The notes: generated from the letters alone by a model not told the origin. A stretch of 62,289 nt of DNA, filler included, from Globobulimina sp. (GCA_003354225.1; 17 parts of 17 records of this genome joined end to end with filler, not necessarily neighbours in it), one strand, 5' to 3'. Positions 12,272 to 25,106 are shown, counted from the first letter of the whole stretch. Program-made: numbers and translations.

Positions 12272-13755
12272 TCAATCATCATCCTCCCACACACTTTGTC
12301 CTACAAAATAAAATGAGATACAACAACAACATACCAACGACCAGCCACAACCAGCCAGCCACAATAAACAATGAGAAAAAAGGACAGCGTCACCGTATAG
12401 GCAGTGACTATTTGATTTTTGGCGGCTTCCACGTGTTGCACCATGAGAGAAATGAGAGTCTCGCCCAACAAAATGAGCACGAACGCGCCCATTCGCTCTG
12501 CGATATGCGGCACATTGATGGGGATATTTATGCCCAGCTCGCGGACACACTGCAAATAGGCACATAGATGAAACCAGGAATAGACGAACAAAACGGCATA
12601 GATCAGGGTCCAAATCCATTGCTGATTGGCGGCGATGCTCACAAACAGCACAATCGACATCGCAGCGGCCATACTGACTGCATTCTGAATCACCATATAC
12701 ACGGAATGCGCCTTTGCCCGCGGAATAAAGTACGACTTCATGAGCATGACACAGAAGACGAGTTTGGTCAACATATAGGAAATGAGGAACAATTTCTGCG
12801 AGCTCTGTTTACCGGAATTCCCGATGCTTAGTCCCATCATCAGCACCAACGACATATAGAAGAAGACCAGCAAAGTGTCGCCAGTCTGCGTCATCCGAAA
12901 TCGCGAGTGGTACAAAACCTGTTCCAGCCAGCACAGAATGAGCAGTCCGAATTGCGGGAAAACCGTCAGAATGAAGATATATTGGCCGTGCTGATAAGCG
13001 TCGGCCGCTTCGGAGGAAATGTGGACGATGGCGGCCACGAACATGAGGTCAAAGAACAACTCGACCCAATGCGGCTTCAGCTCCTCCCAATTGCGGTGCT
13101 CGTCGTCGTCCGACTCGATGGTGTTCCAATCCTGTCGCACGGAGCCACGCAGCACTCCGCAATGTTTGTCCACGGCGATGCTGTACAATTTGTGGTGCAA
13201 TAAGGCCGAGGAAGGGATGAACATATCGCCGGTGGAGGCGCACAGTGTGCGCGTTGAGTGGGTGCACCATTTCAGAGGTTTGGCAGGTTTGGAGTTGCAA
13301 CTGTCGGAGTTGTGAGAGTGAGACAGTTGTAATTGTGTTATGTTGCCAGATGCGGGAATTAATAGATATTTTAATTTGTGTAATGTCTTGTTGATGGAAT
13401 GGGAATTTAGAGGTTGCTGCTGATGGCGGTTTGATTTCGAATTCTGGTTTTTTTGAGAGACGTGATCGAGAATGAGGCTCTCGACGTGTTCGTAGATTTG
13501 TTTTGAGGAAATGTCGGGTGTTAATGATAGATTTGGCGTCACAAAAACTGGCCGTTGCAATGCTTTTTTTGTGTGCTCGAGATCCAGAATCGGAGATATA
13601 TTGTTTTGTTCATGATCAACGAGCGCCAGAAATTGGTTCATGTCATCGTCATCGTCGCCGTCGGCTGAATCCTGAGAGTCAGAGTGGTCAAAGCCGGAAA
13701 CCGGTTGGAAGTCTTCCGTTAGTTCGACGCAAAAATGTTTGTTTGGGCTTGACAT
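12272..13755 (-). CDS. LtrA (low-temperature requirement A) family membrane protein with long N-terminal extension; 3' end uncertain
   Basis: WVELFFDLMFVAAI and HIAERMGAFVLILLGE motifs, several TM helices. Confidence 0.85.
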
Positions 13756-14212
13756 TTAAATGAAAAGACGGATTCATGGATTAATTGTTTTGATGTTTTT
13801 CTCTCTTCGCCAGTACTTTAAGAAATCTTAATTTTCGGATTTTGAAACCCACCAAAGATCGACTACAAAAACTTGAAAATATAATGCAAAAATCACATAG
13901 AAAACAAACAATCAGAATATGTCATATCAAATATATTTGCTAAAATTAGCCCGATTATCCAAATTGACATCATTTCATTTTGCTCATTATATCGCGAATG
14001 AGAGTGTGATCGTTGACTATTTGAGGCATGTTTCAGATTTACATAATTGTCGGCTAACAATGGTTGTTGTGCGGGATGCGACTCATTTCATTCATATCAT
14101 GTGTAATCCGCGTGGCCATGAAATCATCGACAAATTCAATCTGTGGTTCCGGCGTATTGTCTGTGATGGACGCCATTAAGTCGATACTCTTCAACATACT
14201 GTCAATGCCATC

Positions 14213-14593
14213 TCATTCTCGCGCCGACGTACTCAGATTACAGTTATGCACTGCGATCGTACTGTAATCAATTTTGTCGCTGTTGTCTGAGTAGTCAATG
14301 TTGTTAAAGAAGATATTGTTATTGTTATATTCCACGGATTCGCATAGATTGTCGATGCACGGCGAGATGTTGCAGGTATTGCACGGCGAAGTGATTATAT
14401 TTTGAGTATTATTTTGGTTTTGCAGTTGAGTTTGGCTCTGATACGATTCCATGAGGCATTGCTTATTGATTTCAATGTCATTAAACGTATAAAATAAGGC
14501 TTCATTTTTGAATGCATGCTCGTTGTTGACATGTGCGATGAAGCCATTTTCCACCCATTTGGCGCCTAACTGTATACATTGATGGCTATCGCT
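14213..14593 (-). CDS. DEP-domain protein fragment, 5' partial
   Basis: CIQLGAKWVENGFIAHVNNEHAFKNEALFYTF resembles a DEP domain C-terminal half. Confidence 0.75.
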   Translation of the reverse strand, partial: SDSHQCIQLGAKWVENGFIAHVNNEHAFKNEALFYTFNDIEINKQCLMESYQSQTQLQNQNNTQNIITSPCNTCNISPCIDNLCESVEYNNNNIFFNNIDYSDNSDKIDYSTIAVHNCNLSTSARE

Positions 14594-14838
14594 NNNNNNN
14601 NNNNNNNNNNNNNNNNNNNNNNNNNNNNNNNNNNNNNTTAATTAATTAANNNNNNNNNNNNNNNNNNNNNNNNNNNNNNNNNNNNNNNNNNNNTAATCCT
14701 TCCTCACCAATATTTGCTTCGCTGCTTGCTACAGACGCCGCCATACTTAAAAATTTAAATTATGGCACAAGCTTTTGATGATCTGAGTTTGCATAGTTTT
14801 TTAATTATATAAAAAATCTACTTAGTGCACTACACGTC

Positions 14839-16185
14839 ATGGCAGATTCACACGTAAAAGATTTAGTTGACACTGTCCAAAACGTAAACGATTTTATATC
14901 CAAAACAACAGAAGAACTAAATCGTGTAAACGCACAAATTGAACAAATTGAACAAAAACATGATACTGCAAATGATACATTCGCAACAAATGCAGAGTTA
15001 ATAAACAACAAAGATATGCTTGATTTTACTAAACAAATCGAAGCCAATTTTGATATGACACAAATTCGAGGCTTATTCTATAACAATAATAATAATGATA
15101 ATGCACAACAAATAAGTGATGACAATGATGATTTCAAACAGCAAGATTTGGAAAATAAGATCGAAAATGACCAGGACTCAGATATCGACATTGATGAAAT
15201 GCAGAAAAATATGCAATCATTTTTTACCGCAAACAATGAGAATGTCAATAACGAGAATGAAGATTTTGATGTTGAATTTGAAAATGATTTATCAGATTTT
15301 GCTGGAATGAAAAAATTATTCATGCAAAATATTAATAACACCGACTCAAAAACAGATGGAAACGAATTGGATGGAATTGAAGCTTTGCAACGATTGGAAT
15401 TTGCGGAAAAAAGTAAAATAAAATTTATGGAGCTACCCACAAGAAAATGTACATTAAATTATCAGATAATAAATGAAATAACAGATAATAATAAATATTA
15501 TCCATTGTTATTCATTCATGGATTAAGTGATTCGTTGTCAACATATTCGTTGTTATTACCAAAGTTAATGAGTTATGAGAATGCGATGATTGCAGTGAGT
15601 TTGAAAGGTTTTGGTGACTCGAAAATTGACTGTGATGTTAAAACAGCAACATTTTCAATCAAGGATTATTTGAATGATTTGATTGAATTATTGAATGAAT
15701 TAAATATTTCCAAAGCAATTTGGATTGGTCATTCTTTTGGCACTTTTATTGTTGAAACAGCAGCTGTTGAACAGCCTGAATTTGTGCATAAAATTGTATT
15801 ACTTTCACCAAGTTATAAATGTGACATTGGACCATATGAAAAATGGAAATTTGTTATGGATGCAGAAAAGAGTAAGAATGATAAACAATGTGTTGAAACG
15901 ATGAAGATTGAAGCGGGAAAATGCGATGTTGGTGTTTTAAAAAAAACGTTTGAATCAATGGTATCGTTTGATAGCTTAAATTATTTGAAATATATTAAAT
16001 GTCCATGTTATATATTTATTGGTGAAGATGATAAAATATTTGATGCAGAATATGCTTATACCATTCATAAACGTATTAAATCATCATTTATTATGCAATT
16101 TGCAAACTGTAATCATTATTTAATTTGGAATAAAGCAATTCTATCAAGATTGGCTATGATTATATGGGATTTTTGTAGACAATAA
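14839..16185 (+). CDS. Alpha/beta hydrolase with acidic coiled-coil N-terminus
   Basis: LFIHGL, SLKGFGDS, IGHSFG, GEDD, NCNH. Confidence 0.9.
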   Translation: MADSHVKDLVDTVQNVNDFISKTTEELNRVNAQIEQIEQKHDTANDTFATNAELINNKDMLDFTKQIEANFDMTQIRGLFYNNNNNDNAQQISDDNDDFKQQDLENKIENDQDSDIDIDEMQKNMQSFFTANNENVNNENEDFDVEFENDLSDFAGMKKLFMQNINNTDSKTDGNELDGIEALQRLEFAEKSKIKFMELPTRKCTLNYQIINEITDNNKYYPLLFIHGLSDSLSTYSLLLPKLMSYENAMIAVSLKGFGDSKIDCDVKTATFSIKDYLNDLIELLNELNISKAIWIGHSFGTFIVETAAVEQPEFVHKIVLLSPSYKCDIGPYEKWKFVMDAEKSKNDKQCVETMKIEAGKCDVGVLKKTFESMVSFDSLNYLKYIKCPCYIFIGEDDKIFDAEYAYTIHKRIKSSFIMQFANCNHYLIWNKAILSRLAMIIWDFCRQ

Positions 16186-16328
16186 CTGTATAATAAAACT
16201 AATACAAACACGTTTTCAGTATCTAAAAACCGATTAGTTTCCCTTTGTTCAACAAAAACATTCACAAAAACCGTATATAATAGAAATATAATTAGTGCAT
16301 ATAAGATACAACTATAAAAAAAGGATAA

Positions 16329-18265
16329 TTATTTGATTGAGTCTGAATTATTTTTTAACATTTCCTTTGGTGTTCCAAATCTCCGAACAATAATATTTGC
16401 AGTGGCACACACAGCCATACATCCAGACATAGCATACATTGTAGAATCATATAAAAACGGGGTTGGATCGATAATATCCATACTTTCAGGGATTAATTGC
16501 ATTAATTTATTGATGGTAACCACTTTATTTTGAATTAAATTGTCCAAATCATTAATGGAAGCACCAAATTCATTTAAAAATGCTTCTGGCTGAACATGCT
16601 GTGATAAGTCATGGACAGATTGTTTATATTTATAATCTCGACATTGTGTAACAATCATTGGTCCAATAAATCCAGACAAAGCGACCGCAGTCATCATTCT
16701 GCCATGTATTGCGCCCACGTTTGCTGCGCCAAATAATTTTGCTTCGTACGAAGGCATTACGCTAAAACCGCCACCAAAATAAGAAAATAAAAATAATGTT
16801 GAACAATAAAATAACGCTATATAAAAATATAAATAACACGGCAGTCACAACTATTGAGCTGATATATTGCGGTCAGCGATCAACTCCAAAAGTTGAAATC
16901 CGACCACTACAAATTGGTCAATAGTTGTGTCGATCTGTAGTGAGCAATGGGGTATGAAGACGTTGTAGTTATATCCAAAAAGTAACGAAAGCTATCAAAT
17001 CTGTATTAAATACGCAAAAATAATCGGAAAAATATGAAAACACTTTCGCAAAATAAGTTCATGGGAAAAATTATTTAATTCTCAAGCATTGATTTACACA
17101 AAAAGATAACCATATTATTTGCATATAGGTAACATACCTAATGGTGCCACAGATGGCGATGCCACAACAGTCGATACATAATATGGTATCGCAGCATATA
17201 ACACAACTCCGGTTAACCCAAACACTGAATAGGTTTGAAATTGGCCAATTTTATCCGACACAAATCCCCATCCAAGTCTGCCTGCTAAATTTGAGGCTGA
17301 TATTGCCATTACATACGTCGACGCAAACGACGAGGTTACCAGCAACGGCAAATTACCACCAAACACCTCGCTCATCATCGTTTTCGCTGTAGATATACAG
17401 CCCATTCCTGTTGACGACAAACCACTGTATATTCACAAAAACAACGTACACATAAAAACAAACAAAATGGAGCAACACAACACATATTAATATTTCATAC
17501 AGGAATGCCACCCATAAGCACCAAAATTGCGGTGTACGGAAAGCCTGTTCAACCGTCATCGAATACGGCTGTTTTGTAACAATTTTACTCTGCTCAGAGC
17601 TGCTAATCTCATCATCCTTATCCTTTTTCAATGGGTTAAACTGCGGATGAGGCAATTTTGTAAACATCGATGAGGTCAATATCGTGGCTAAATATGCTCC
17701 GCCAATGGTAAGCATCGTAAGAGCAGCTCCCGTCGATCCAGTACCAACCAAATAAGTGCCGCCATCAGCCAACGTCGACATAACTTTGGACGAAAATCCC
17801 GCAGATAACAAATCGCTGCAATCCAACTTTGCAATGTTCACCAAACCCTCACCAATCACCGTCGGACTGTCCACCTGCGACAAATCCAGGAAACTCTGAC
17901 CATTGTCATCGACAGTAATTGCATTGGTCGCCGTCGACAATACATTCTCGTTAAAATGCTGAGGTGCTACGAAATTGCGAGTCAACATGTGATCCATTAT
18001 AGGCGTGGCGAGTATGGCGCCGCCGCCCAATCCCATCAATGCCAGACCTGAGGCCAAGCCTCTTTTGTCCGGGAAAAACTGGATCAAGGTCGATATGGAC
18101 GAGATGTAGCATATTCCCTTATTGTTTTTTGATTTGCTGCTGATTTTATAATAAACGAAATAAAATAATACATACATGGCCAAGACCGCCGATAATGCCA
18201 TATCCTGCATATAGCAGTGGCAGATAATGCATAGTCACGCCAAGTCCACCTAACATCATACCGCC
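16329..18265 (-). CDS. MFS transporter, oxalate/formate antiporter-like, multi-exon, 5' partial
   Basis: FPDKRGLASGLALMGLGGGA, AFRTPQFW, NLAGRLGWGFVSDKIG, GGGFSVMPSY..LFG..NVGAIHG; introns near 16818-17138 and 17428-17500. Confidence 0.85.
16842..16932 (+). repeat. ~90-bp inverted-repeat element, copy 1 (intronic)
   Basis: CACAACTATTGA (16846-16857) and TCAATAGTTGTG (16918-16929) flank the core AGCGATCAACTCCAAAAGTTGAAATCCGACCAC. Confidence 0.8.
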
Positions 18266-18365
18266 NNNNNNNNNNNNNNNNNNNNNNNNNNNNNNNNNNN
18301 NNNNNNNNNTTAATTAATTAANNNNNNNNNNNNNNNNNNNNNNNNNNNNNNNNNNNNNNNNNNNN

Positions 18366-18656
18366 GATGTAAATTTTGTTTATAACATATTTGTTGATGC
18401 AATAGGTTGTAATTGTTGTAGTTCTATGGAATTGGATGTAAAATGCAGAATGTTGCCAAAAAGATATTTGGTTAACAAGTTTGGATTTGCTTCAAGAATA
18501 TCCTATGTTACAGGTAAATTTTATTGTGGAAGGAAAGTTGGCAAAAGACAAACACTTCATGATGGACACTGTGGACCTGATGATGGTCCTAATTGTGTTC
18601 CTTGTACAGTATTGGATGCAAATGCAAATAAAATGTATAGCAAATTATGGAAATGA
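18366..18656 (+). CDS. C-terminal fragment with Cys-rich motif FYCGR..DGHCGPDDGPNCVPC
   Basis: Probable zinc-binding cysteine pattern. Confidence 0.6.
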   Translation, partial: DVNFVYNIFVDAIGCNCCSSMELDVKCRMLPKRYLVNKFGFASRISYVTGKFYCGRKVGKRQTLHDGHCGPDDGPNCVPCTVLDANANKMYSKLWK

Positions 18657-18715
18657 CAATTGTGTGTTTTTTGAGTTGAGTGTTTTAACTAAAAACGTCT
18701 TACTTATATACTAGT

Positions 18716-20589
18716 ATGGCAGCATTAGATACCTCTGAAGGTGCAGGCGAAGATGTGAAAAGTAATGATGATGATTTTATGAGATCGATTGGTGTCGCAT
18801 TAAAACAACAAAATTTGCTTTATATCGCAGATATTGCAATGAAAGTCGAGCAAGAAAGCTTATCAGATTTAGTGCAATATTCACGCAATGATTTGACCGA
18901 ATTATTAGCGGAGATTACAAATGACGACAGTAACGAGTATAAAATTAAAGTGTCGCATAGAAATAAATTTGCAAAAATTATCATGCAAAAAAAGAAAGAA
19001 AAACAGCCAGTTGCAACAGCTGCATCGCCCTCCACCTCACAAGGCAAGCTTTTGCCAATATTTCTCGGTAAAGAGGAAGAGGCAGCAATTGAAGCAATAC
19101 AATCTGGGCAACAATTTATGGAAAAAACTGTAATTAAAATGAAGACATTATTTAATAATTTGGATGAAAACAATGCAAATATTAAACAGAATTTGGATGC
19201 AATTTGTATTTCATTAAAGCAACAAATTGATGCAAAACAGAAAGAATTGGTATCATTAATTGATAGTATTTATCAGTATCATTTATCCGCATTAAATAAA
19301 CGAAATGAAGGCACCCAACAATCGGCCAAAGTGGTTGCTAAAGTTATGTGTAATGCGCCTTTTTGCGTAATATCAATATCAATATCCTTGCACTCAATAT
19401 ATATATACATAGTTTTACAATGATTATGAAAGTTATTTCACAGACACGTCTAAAATGACCAAAGCAGACCGAAAAGATAAATTAATTGCGGTTCAAAAAG
19501 GTATAGTTGCCGAATGTGATAAAATTAAAACATTAAAGGATGTGAGTTATAATATGGACGTTGAATTAAATAAAGAATGTGCCAATCACTTCTTTGATCG
19601 ATTTATTGTATGTTGTATTTGTATATTTATATATTTTGATTGTTAAATTTAATGTTTTATAGGCTTTAAAGAATTCAAATGTCTGTTTGCCAGCGATGCA
19701 AACTCCAAAATGTGATGGGGTTGTAATTAAATGGCAAGCGCCGCAATTAAAGGATGATGTTATTGCTTTATTTAAAACATTTATGGACGATGATGATAAT
19801 AAGGAAGAGCAACCACTGCCAATCAGTTATAATATTTTATATTGTAATATCAATGAAGAAAAGAAAGAAGAGGACGAATGGAATGTAATTAGTATTTTAG
19901 GAAAGGAGAATGAATATGAATATGATATGGCGGAGTATACGCCCTGCAAAGCAGCAATTGAATATAAAATAAATAACATTCTTAAATCTGCGGTGTCTGC
20001 ACCTGTGACTGTAGCATATACTGCAAGATGGTCCTCGCAATATAAAGGTGATAGGATTACTTTATCGGAGGGGAATACAAAAGCATTGATGGCGGAAAGT
20101 GATGAACAAACAGTTCGAGCTCAATATCCAATTAAAAAGGGAATGATTGTTAAATTAAACTATACCTTTTATACTGCTGAGTATGGACTTTGTTATGAAA
20201 TTGTGGGTGTAGCTTCATCGGAATTTGTTGATTATACACAAGCCGGTATACCTTACAAAGGAGGTGAAATTGGTAAATATTGTTATGGAGCAGATTGTTG
20301 TTATGGTAGTGGTAATGCGAATAAACATTATTTTGGTGGGTATAAAGATGTGGGATGGAGTTTGGGTGAATTCGGACGGGAATCAAAGAAAGAAGTAAGA
20401 ATAGAAATGGTTGTAGATTATAAAAATTATGATTCGTGCTGTTTATCCTTTTATATTGATGGAGCATTTAAAGGACCAAAAGATGCCAGATATTCAATGA
20501 AATTACCGCAACTCAAGAAAGACTATGTTTGGTTTCCTGTTACATGTTTTTATAATCCTAATAAATGGTGTAAAATTTCGTGTGTGTAA
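18716..20589 (+). CDS. Multi-exon coiled-coil plus beta-rich (FN3/SPRY-like) protein
   Basis: Three consecutive ORFs joined by GT..AG introns (~19343-19421, ~19608-19662); aromatic beta-rich C-terminus ending WFPVTCFY. Confidence 0.55.
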
Positions 20590-21283
20590 ATGTTGTTTGT
20601 TTGTTTGTTTGACGCTAAAAAAATACGTATGTTCCGTTTGTATAAAGTTTAAAAATATCTCGTCATTTAATAATGCAATTGGGAGTATTTTGGGACAGCT
20701 GTCAAGAATCAAGATATGATTTTAGCCGTTTCTGAGCAATCGCTATACAAATTTATATGGATTCATAGTGTATAATTTTAAAATTGTACAAAGTTTGAAA
20801 AATTAAAATTCTTTTGGTGTAATACGTCAAAATACAAAAGAAAAGCATTCAAAACCAAATGTCAGCAATAAAAAATATGAAAAGAAAAGTGATAAAAAAT
20901 TACAAATGAAAAAACAAAAAGTTCTTAAAAATTACAAAATAATGAAAAAATACAAAAATGGTAAATTAAAATTCAAAATAAAACCGAAATCAATGAACAT
21001 TATTCGCATAAAAAGGTAAATGTCGAGAACATATTTCACATCAAAAACAAATCCAAATCTAGAAAAAACACATTGCAATTCATCCACCTTCTATTTATGC
21101 TTCAAAATGTGATCTCTCTTTATTTCAATTAAAACAACCATGCATTTGATCCATATCACACAAAAACAAAATACACACACAATTCCAACAAAAAATTTAA
21201 ACCAAAATATGTATAAACACTGTGCATTGTTTAAATATATAAAAATACAGTTATTGTACAACTAATATAATTATTATTTTATA

Positions 21284-21937
21284 TTATTTATGCAACAATT
21301 CAGTAATTTTTGTCAGCGAAGTTTGTTGGATCTTGATAACACCATTGCCATTTTCAAAAAATGTGTCAGAATTCGTTGGTGTTAATTTTGTCGCATTTTC
21401 AACTCTCTCATTATTGTATCCATCCATTATTTCTCTCCAAGATGTAATATCCGCAAAAACAGGCGTTTTAATTTTCTCTTTTTCGCATTTTCTCGGAGAT
21501 TTACTTTGTTCATTATCAGCAATGGGATACACAGAATTTCTTATTTTTGCACTTTTATGTTTTCGTTTGTGTTTATGTTTCGGTTTTTCGGTTCTCATTC
21601 GATGCGTCGATGTGATGGATACATTTGTTTGATGTGACAAAGTCCGAATTAATTCTTCAGAGTCATGGGGTAAATTTGACAACGCCGCAAATGATAAATC
21701 ACTCAAATCACAGTTTGAAAAATCAAATTTAGGTTTTATGCAATGAGTTTTTGAAACAGTACTTGTGCGATGTCGCGATGTTGTACATGACGAATTTATT
21801 TTATTTTTCCGTTTCCAATATGACTCAGATTTTGATTGGTTGTCATTAAATTTTGCGTTTTCATTTGGAATGACATCATTTTCCAAAGCACTGTTACTGA
21901 CAAAGTCCATCGTTAAGGATGGTGTCGATTCATTTGA
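21284..21937 (-). CDS. Hypothetical low-complexity protein, 5' partial
   Basis: ORF open to the contig edge, followed by an AT-rich 3' region. Confidence 0.55.
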   Translation of the reverse strand, partial: SNESTPSLTMDFVSNSALENDVIPNENAKFNDNQSKSESYWKRKNKINSSCTTSRHRTSTVSKTHCIKPKFDFSNCDLSDLSFAALSNLPHDSEELIRTLSHQTNVSITSTHRMRTEKPKHKHKRKHKSAKIRNSVYPIADNEQSKSPRKCEKEKIKTPVFADITSWREIMDGYNNERVENATKLTPTNSDTFFENGNGVIKIQQTSLTKITELLHK

Positions 21938-22162
21938 NNNNNNNNNNNNNNNNNNNNNNNNNNNNNNNNNNNNNNNNNNNNTTAATTAATTAANNNNNNN
22001 NNNNNNNNNNNNNNNNNNNNNNNNNNNNNNNNNNNNNGGGGGGGGGTTATCTTTTGGAATATATCGTTCACACTTCTAAACACTTCTTTTGTGATTGGCA
22101 AGGTTTTTGTGTTAGCTAGAGTGGTTTAGAAGTGTGAACCTAAAAAGTCATTTGTTAAAGAA

Positions 22163-23482
22163 TTAAACATAATAACAATCGAGATATTCCACATCGTCAC
22201 CATAATGTTTTACAAACAAATCAGTGATATTGCACGCTTTTGGAACCTCAAAAGGTAGACATATATAATCAATCCAATATATTTCACAGATGGTTTTAAT
22301 ATCATCATCAGACAAATCATTTTTTATCACCACATTCTCTTTCGACACTTTTCCGTAATGCCCACTCTCTCTGTTTCTTGCCCATTGCACATATTTGTGA
22401 TACAAAGTGTTATCTTCGTGATAAGCATCACTAAATTCGTCCAATATCATTTTAAAAGATTCCTCAAAATCCACACTCAAATTCCCGATATAACTGTATG
22501 CAAACCATTCAAATGTACGATTTAATAAATGTATCATTTGAGGGTGAATGTGCGGGTCACCCGTCCAGATATTGCGTACACTTTGTTTTTTCTTTGCATT
22601 TACATCTTGTAACTTATTCAAATGATTACATTTCCAATTTAACATATGATCCATCAGCAACCTGTATCGATGAATTCCTTTCACTGTGTCTTCATTGATT
22701 GTTTTTGATAATATGCCATTTAACATCTTTGTATCTTTGACCGCCAACTCATAATATCCCGACAGCGATCTTTCAATTGGATCTCGAATGTATGTAAAGA
22801 AAAAATTATGATTCAAATAATTATAAAAATATTCCTCATGGTCCCAATAATAATCATTATCTCTCAGTATAAAGCTATCATTTTTATTGAGTTTATATTT
22901 GATTCCAATGCCATTCATCAATCCATCTTTTTGCATTCCATCCATTGCATTCCAGATAGTGGTTCCTCCGCATTTATACAAATGATTGTAACTGATCTGG
23001 TCATTGCTCCATAACTCTGTAAATTCCTGGTTCTCTTCGAATATGTTTAATTTGCAACGATTCACGTATGATACGAGATTATTTGGCAATTTGTTGATAC
23101 TCAGTCGCTTCCATTCGGTCTTTCTATTTTTTAAATCATGTCGATTGCAGATCTTTGTTGGTGGCTTTCTTCTTTGTTTGATCAAATTCTGCAAATCGTT
23201 TTTGGTGAAACTTTGGGTGTTATGGTATTTAACTGAACAGTATTCTAGTTTTGAATCATCAGTCACCACCAATGGAGTCGCAATCATGTGATAGCCAATC
23301 ATGGCATCACCAGCAATGAATGTTAGTTTGGGTCGCACGTTATCTGGTAATGTACCATCGACATAGTATATGTATATTGTCCAAAAATACATTAATAATA
23401 ATAAGAGTATTACAAGAATAATCAGAAGTGAATATTTCCGTCGCGTGACATGCATCCAAGGAACACAAAATTGTTTAGCCAT
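22163..23482 (-). CDS. Golgi type II sulfotransferase (Sulfotransfer_2-like)
   Basis: N-terminal TM anchor, YNHLYKCGGTTI, FTYIRDPIERSLSGYYE, DPHIHPQ, IYWIDY. Confidence 0.9.
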   Translation of the reverse strand: MAKQFCVPWMHVTRRKYSLLIILVILLLLLMYFWTIYIYYVDGTLPDNVRPKLTFIAGDAMIGYHMIATPLVVTDDSKLEYCSVKYHNTQSFTKNDLQNLIKQRRKPPTKICNRHDLKNRKTEWKRLSINKLPNNLVSYVNRCKLNIFEENQEFTELWSNDQISYNHLYKCGGTTIWNAMDGMQKDGLMNGIGIKYKLNKNDSFILRDNDYYWDHEEYFYNYLNHNFFFTYIRDPIERSLSGYYELAVKDTKMLNGILSKTINEDTVKGIHRYRLLMDHMLNWKCNHLNKLQDVNAKKKQSVRNIWTGDPHIHPQMIHLLNRTFEWFAYSYIGNLSVDFEESFKMILDEFSDAYHEDNTLYHKYVQWARNRESGHYGKVSKENVVIKNDLSDDDIKTICEIYWIDYICLPFEVPKACNITDLFVKHYGDDVEYLDCYYV

Positions 23483-23659
23483 TTTTTTTTCTTCAAAACT
23501 AATAAGAAATCAATTCCTCATGGCATCAGCATCTACTACGGATGTTGTATATGACGAGATCAATGTGCATTTGTGGTACATAATTCTGACAGCCAGCCCT
23601 TTAAATGATACTTAAAACATTAAAAACGGAAAACAAGAAATCTTAAAATTATGTGTCCG

Positions 23660-24910
23660 TCAATTGCAAATATCCACATTGAGTGTTGAAATAAGTAGAG
23701 AGGGGTCCAAAGACACACAACAACCACCATCATTTTCCAAATCTAAACTAATTTCCTGATCATGAACATCATGGATTGGAACGATCATTGATGGATCGAT
23801 ACCAACATTCAACATATATTCATTTTGATCATTTTCAACAACTTTCTCTTCGACATTGTCCCGGTTATTTATAGCCAGTATGGATATGGAGTGTTGCAAA
23901 GCCATTTTATCAAATTCCTTTTTAGCAATATATGATATATATATTACACCACATATTGCAGCAATACTGCCAACCACAGTCACTGTTAATAATATTGGAT
24001 CTGACGCAAATCCAACCGATGACAGTTTAGCAATGGATGCAATACTTCCACCAATAAAGCAATACACGACAGCATCTGGTATCATAGCAATGCATGCAAA
24101 TGAATAATGTGACAACTTGACAGATGTCAGACCCATAAAGTAATTAAACACATTATATGGTGTAATGGGTGATAATCGCAATAAAAAAGTAACTTTAAAC
24201 CCATTCATGCCAACAACATTATCAATCAATGCGAATTTTGTTGATTTTTGTGTATAATATTCAACCAAGTTTCGTAATAAATATCGGCTATTAACAAATG
24301 CGAATATAGAACCTATGCTTGCTCCAAACCATACCACAGCAGAGGCCAATATCACTCCTTCCAGCTGTCCAAACATTTTAACGTAGACAAAGCCTGCACC
24401 CAATGTCAGTATGGAACCTGGGATTAAACAAACACTGCAAATGATGTATAAGCCGATATAGGCAAAAGACCCTTTGACAGGATATTGGTCCATCCAATTT
24501 AAAAATTGTTGCGAGTATTTTAATGTAGTATGGTTAAATATCGCTGCTATGATCAATGTTGTTAGCAAAATCATAATAATTAGTATTTTAATCCAATTGG
24601 ATGCGTTGCAGTACCACTTTTGAAATTGGTTGGTCGGTGAAGAGGATGAATATGCATCATTTGACGAAGAGGATGAAAGGGATATCGATGGAGAGTTGGA
24701 TATGCTGCGATACTTGACATTATTGACTGTTTTGATTTTGACTTCAGGTTTGATTGAATCATCAGTTGGTTTCGACGGGTCTGTGGATTGTGAGTATGCA
24801 TTATGTGCATGCTTTGATTTGGGATATGTAAAATAGTTTTTGTGGGATATGGTATTGTCTTTGAGCCTTGATTCAGGAGTCACACTTGTTGGAGTTTGTT
24901 TTGTTGACAT
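23660..24910 (-). CDS. TVP38/TMEM64 (DedA/VTT family) membrane protein
   Basis: IPGSILTLGAGFVY, GASIGSIFAF..RY, FLLRLSPITPYNVFNY. Confidence 0.92.
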   Translation of the reverse strand: MSTKQTPTSVTPESRLKDNTISHKNYFTYPKSKHAHNAYSQSTDPSKPTDDSIKPEVKIKTVNNVKYRSISNSPSISLSSSSSNDAYSSSSPTNQFQKWYCNASNWIKILIIMILLTTLIIAAIFNHTTLKYSQQFLNWMDQYPVKGSFAYIGLYIICSVCLIPGSILTLGAGFVYVKMFGQLEGVILASAVVWFGASIGSIFAFVNSRYLLRNLVEYYTQKSTKFALIDNVVGMNGFKVTFLLRLSPITPYNVFNYFMGLTSVKLSHYSFACIAMIPDAVVYCFIGGSIASIAKLSSVGFASDPILLTVTVVGSIAAICGVIYISYIAKKEFDKMALQHSISILAINNRDNVEEKVVENDQNEYMLNVGIDPSMIVPIHDVHDQEISLDLENDGGCCVSLDPSLLISTLNVDICN

Positions 24911-25106
24911 TGATAGTTTTGGAATTATTAAACAAACTTCTTCAAAAACTTTCTTGACCACTTCTTGAACGTTAATTCAATTAAAACTGTTCAATGGAAA
25001 AAGTATAAAAGTATATAAATATGGCACTCAAAATCAATCCAAACAAATTCAAAAAAAAACAACCATCACCATGTAAATGTAATGGTCTATAAAAATATTG
25101 ATGCTA

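Noticed and set aside
12313-13315. Plus-strand ORFs in series opposite LtrA
   Set aside because: Antisense shadows of a GC-richer coding region with no recognisable motifs.
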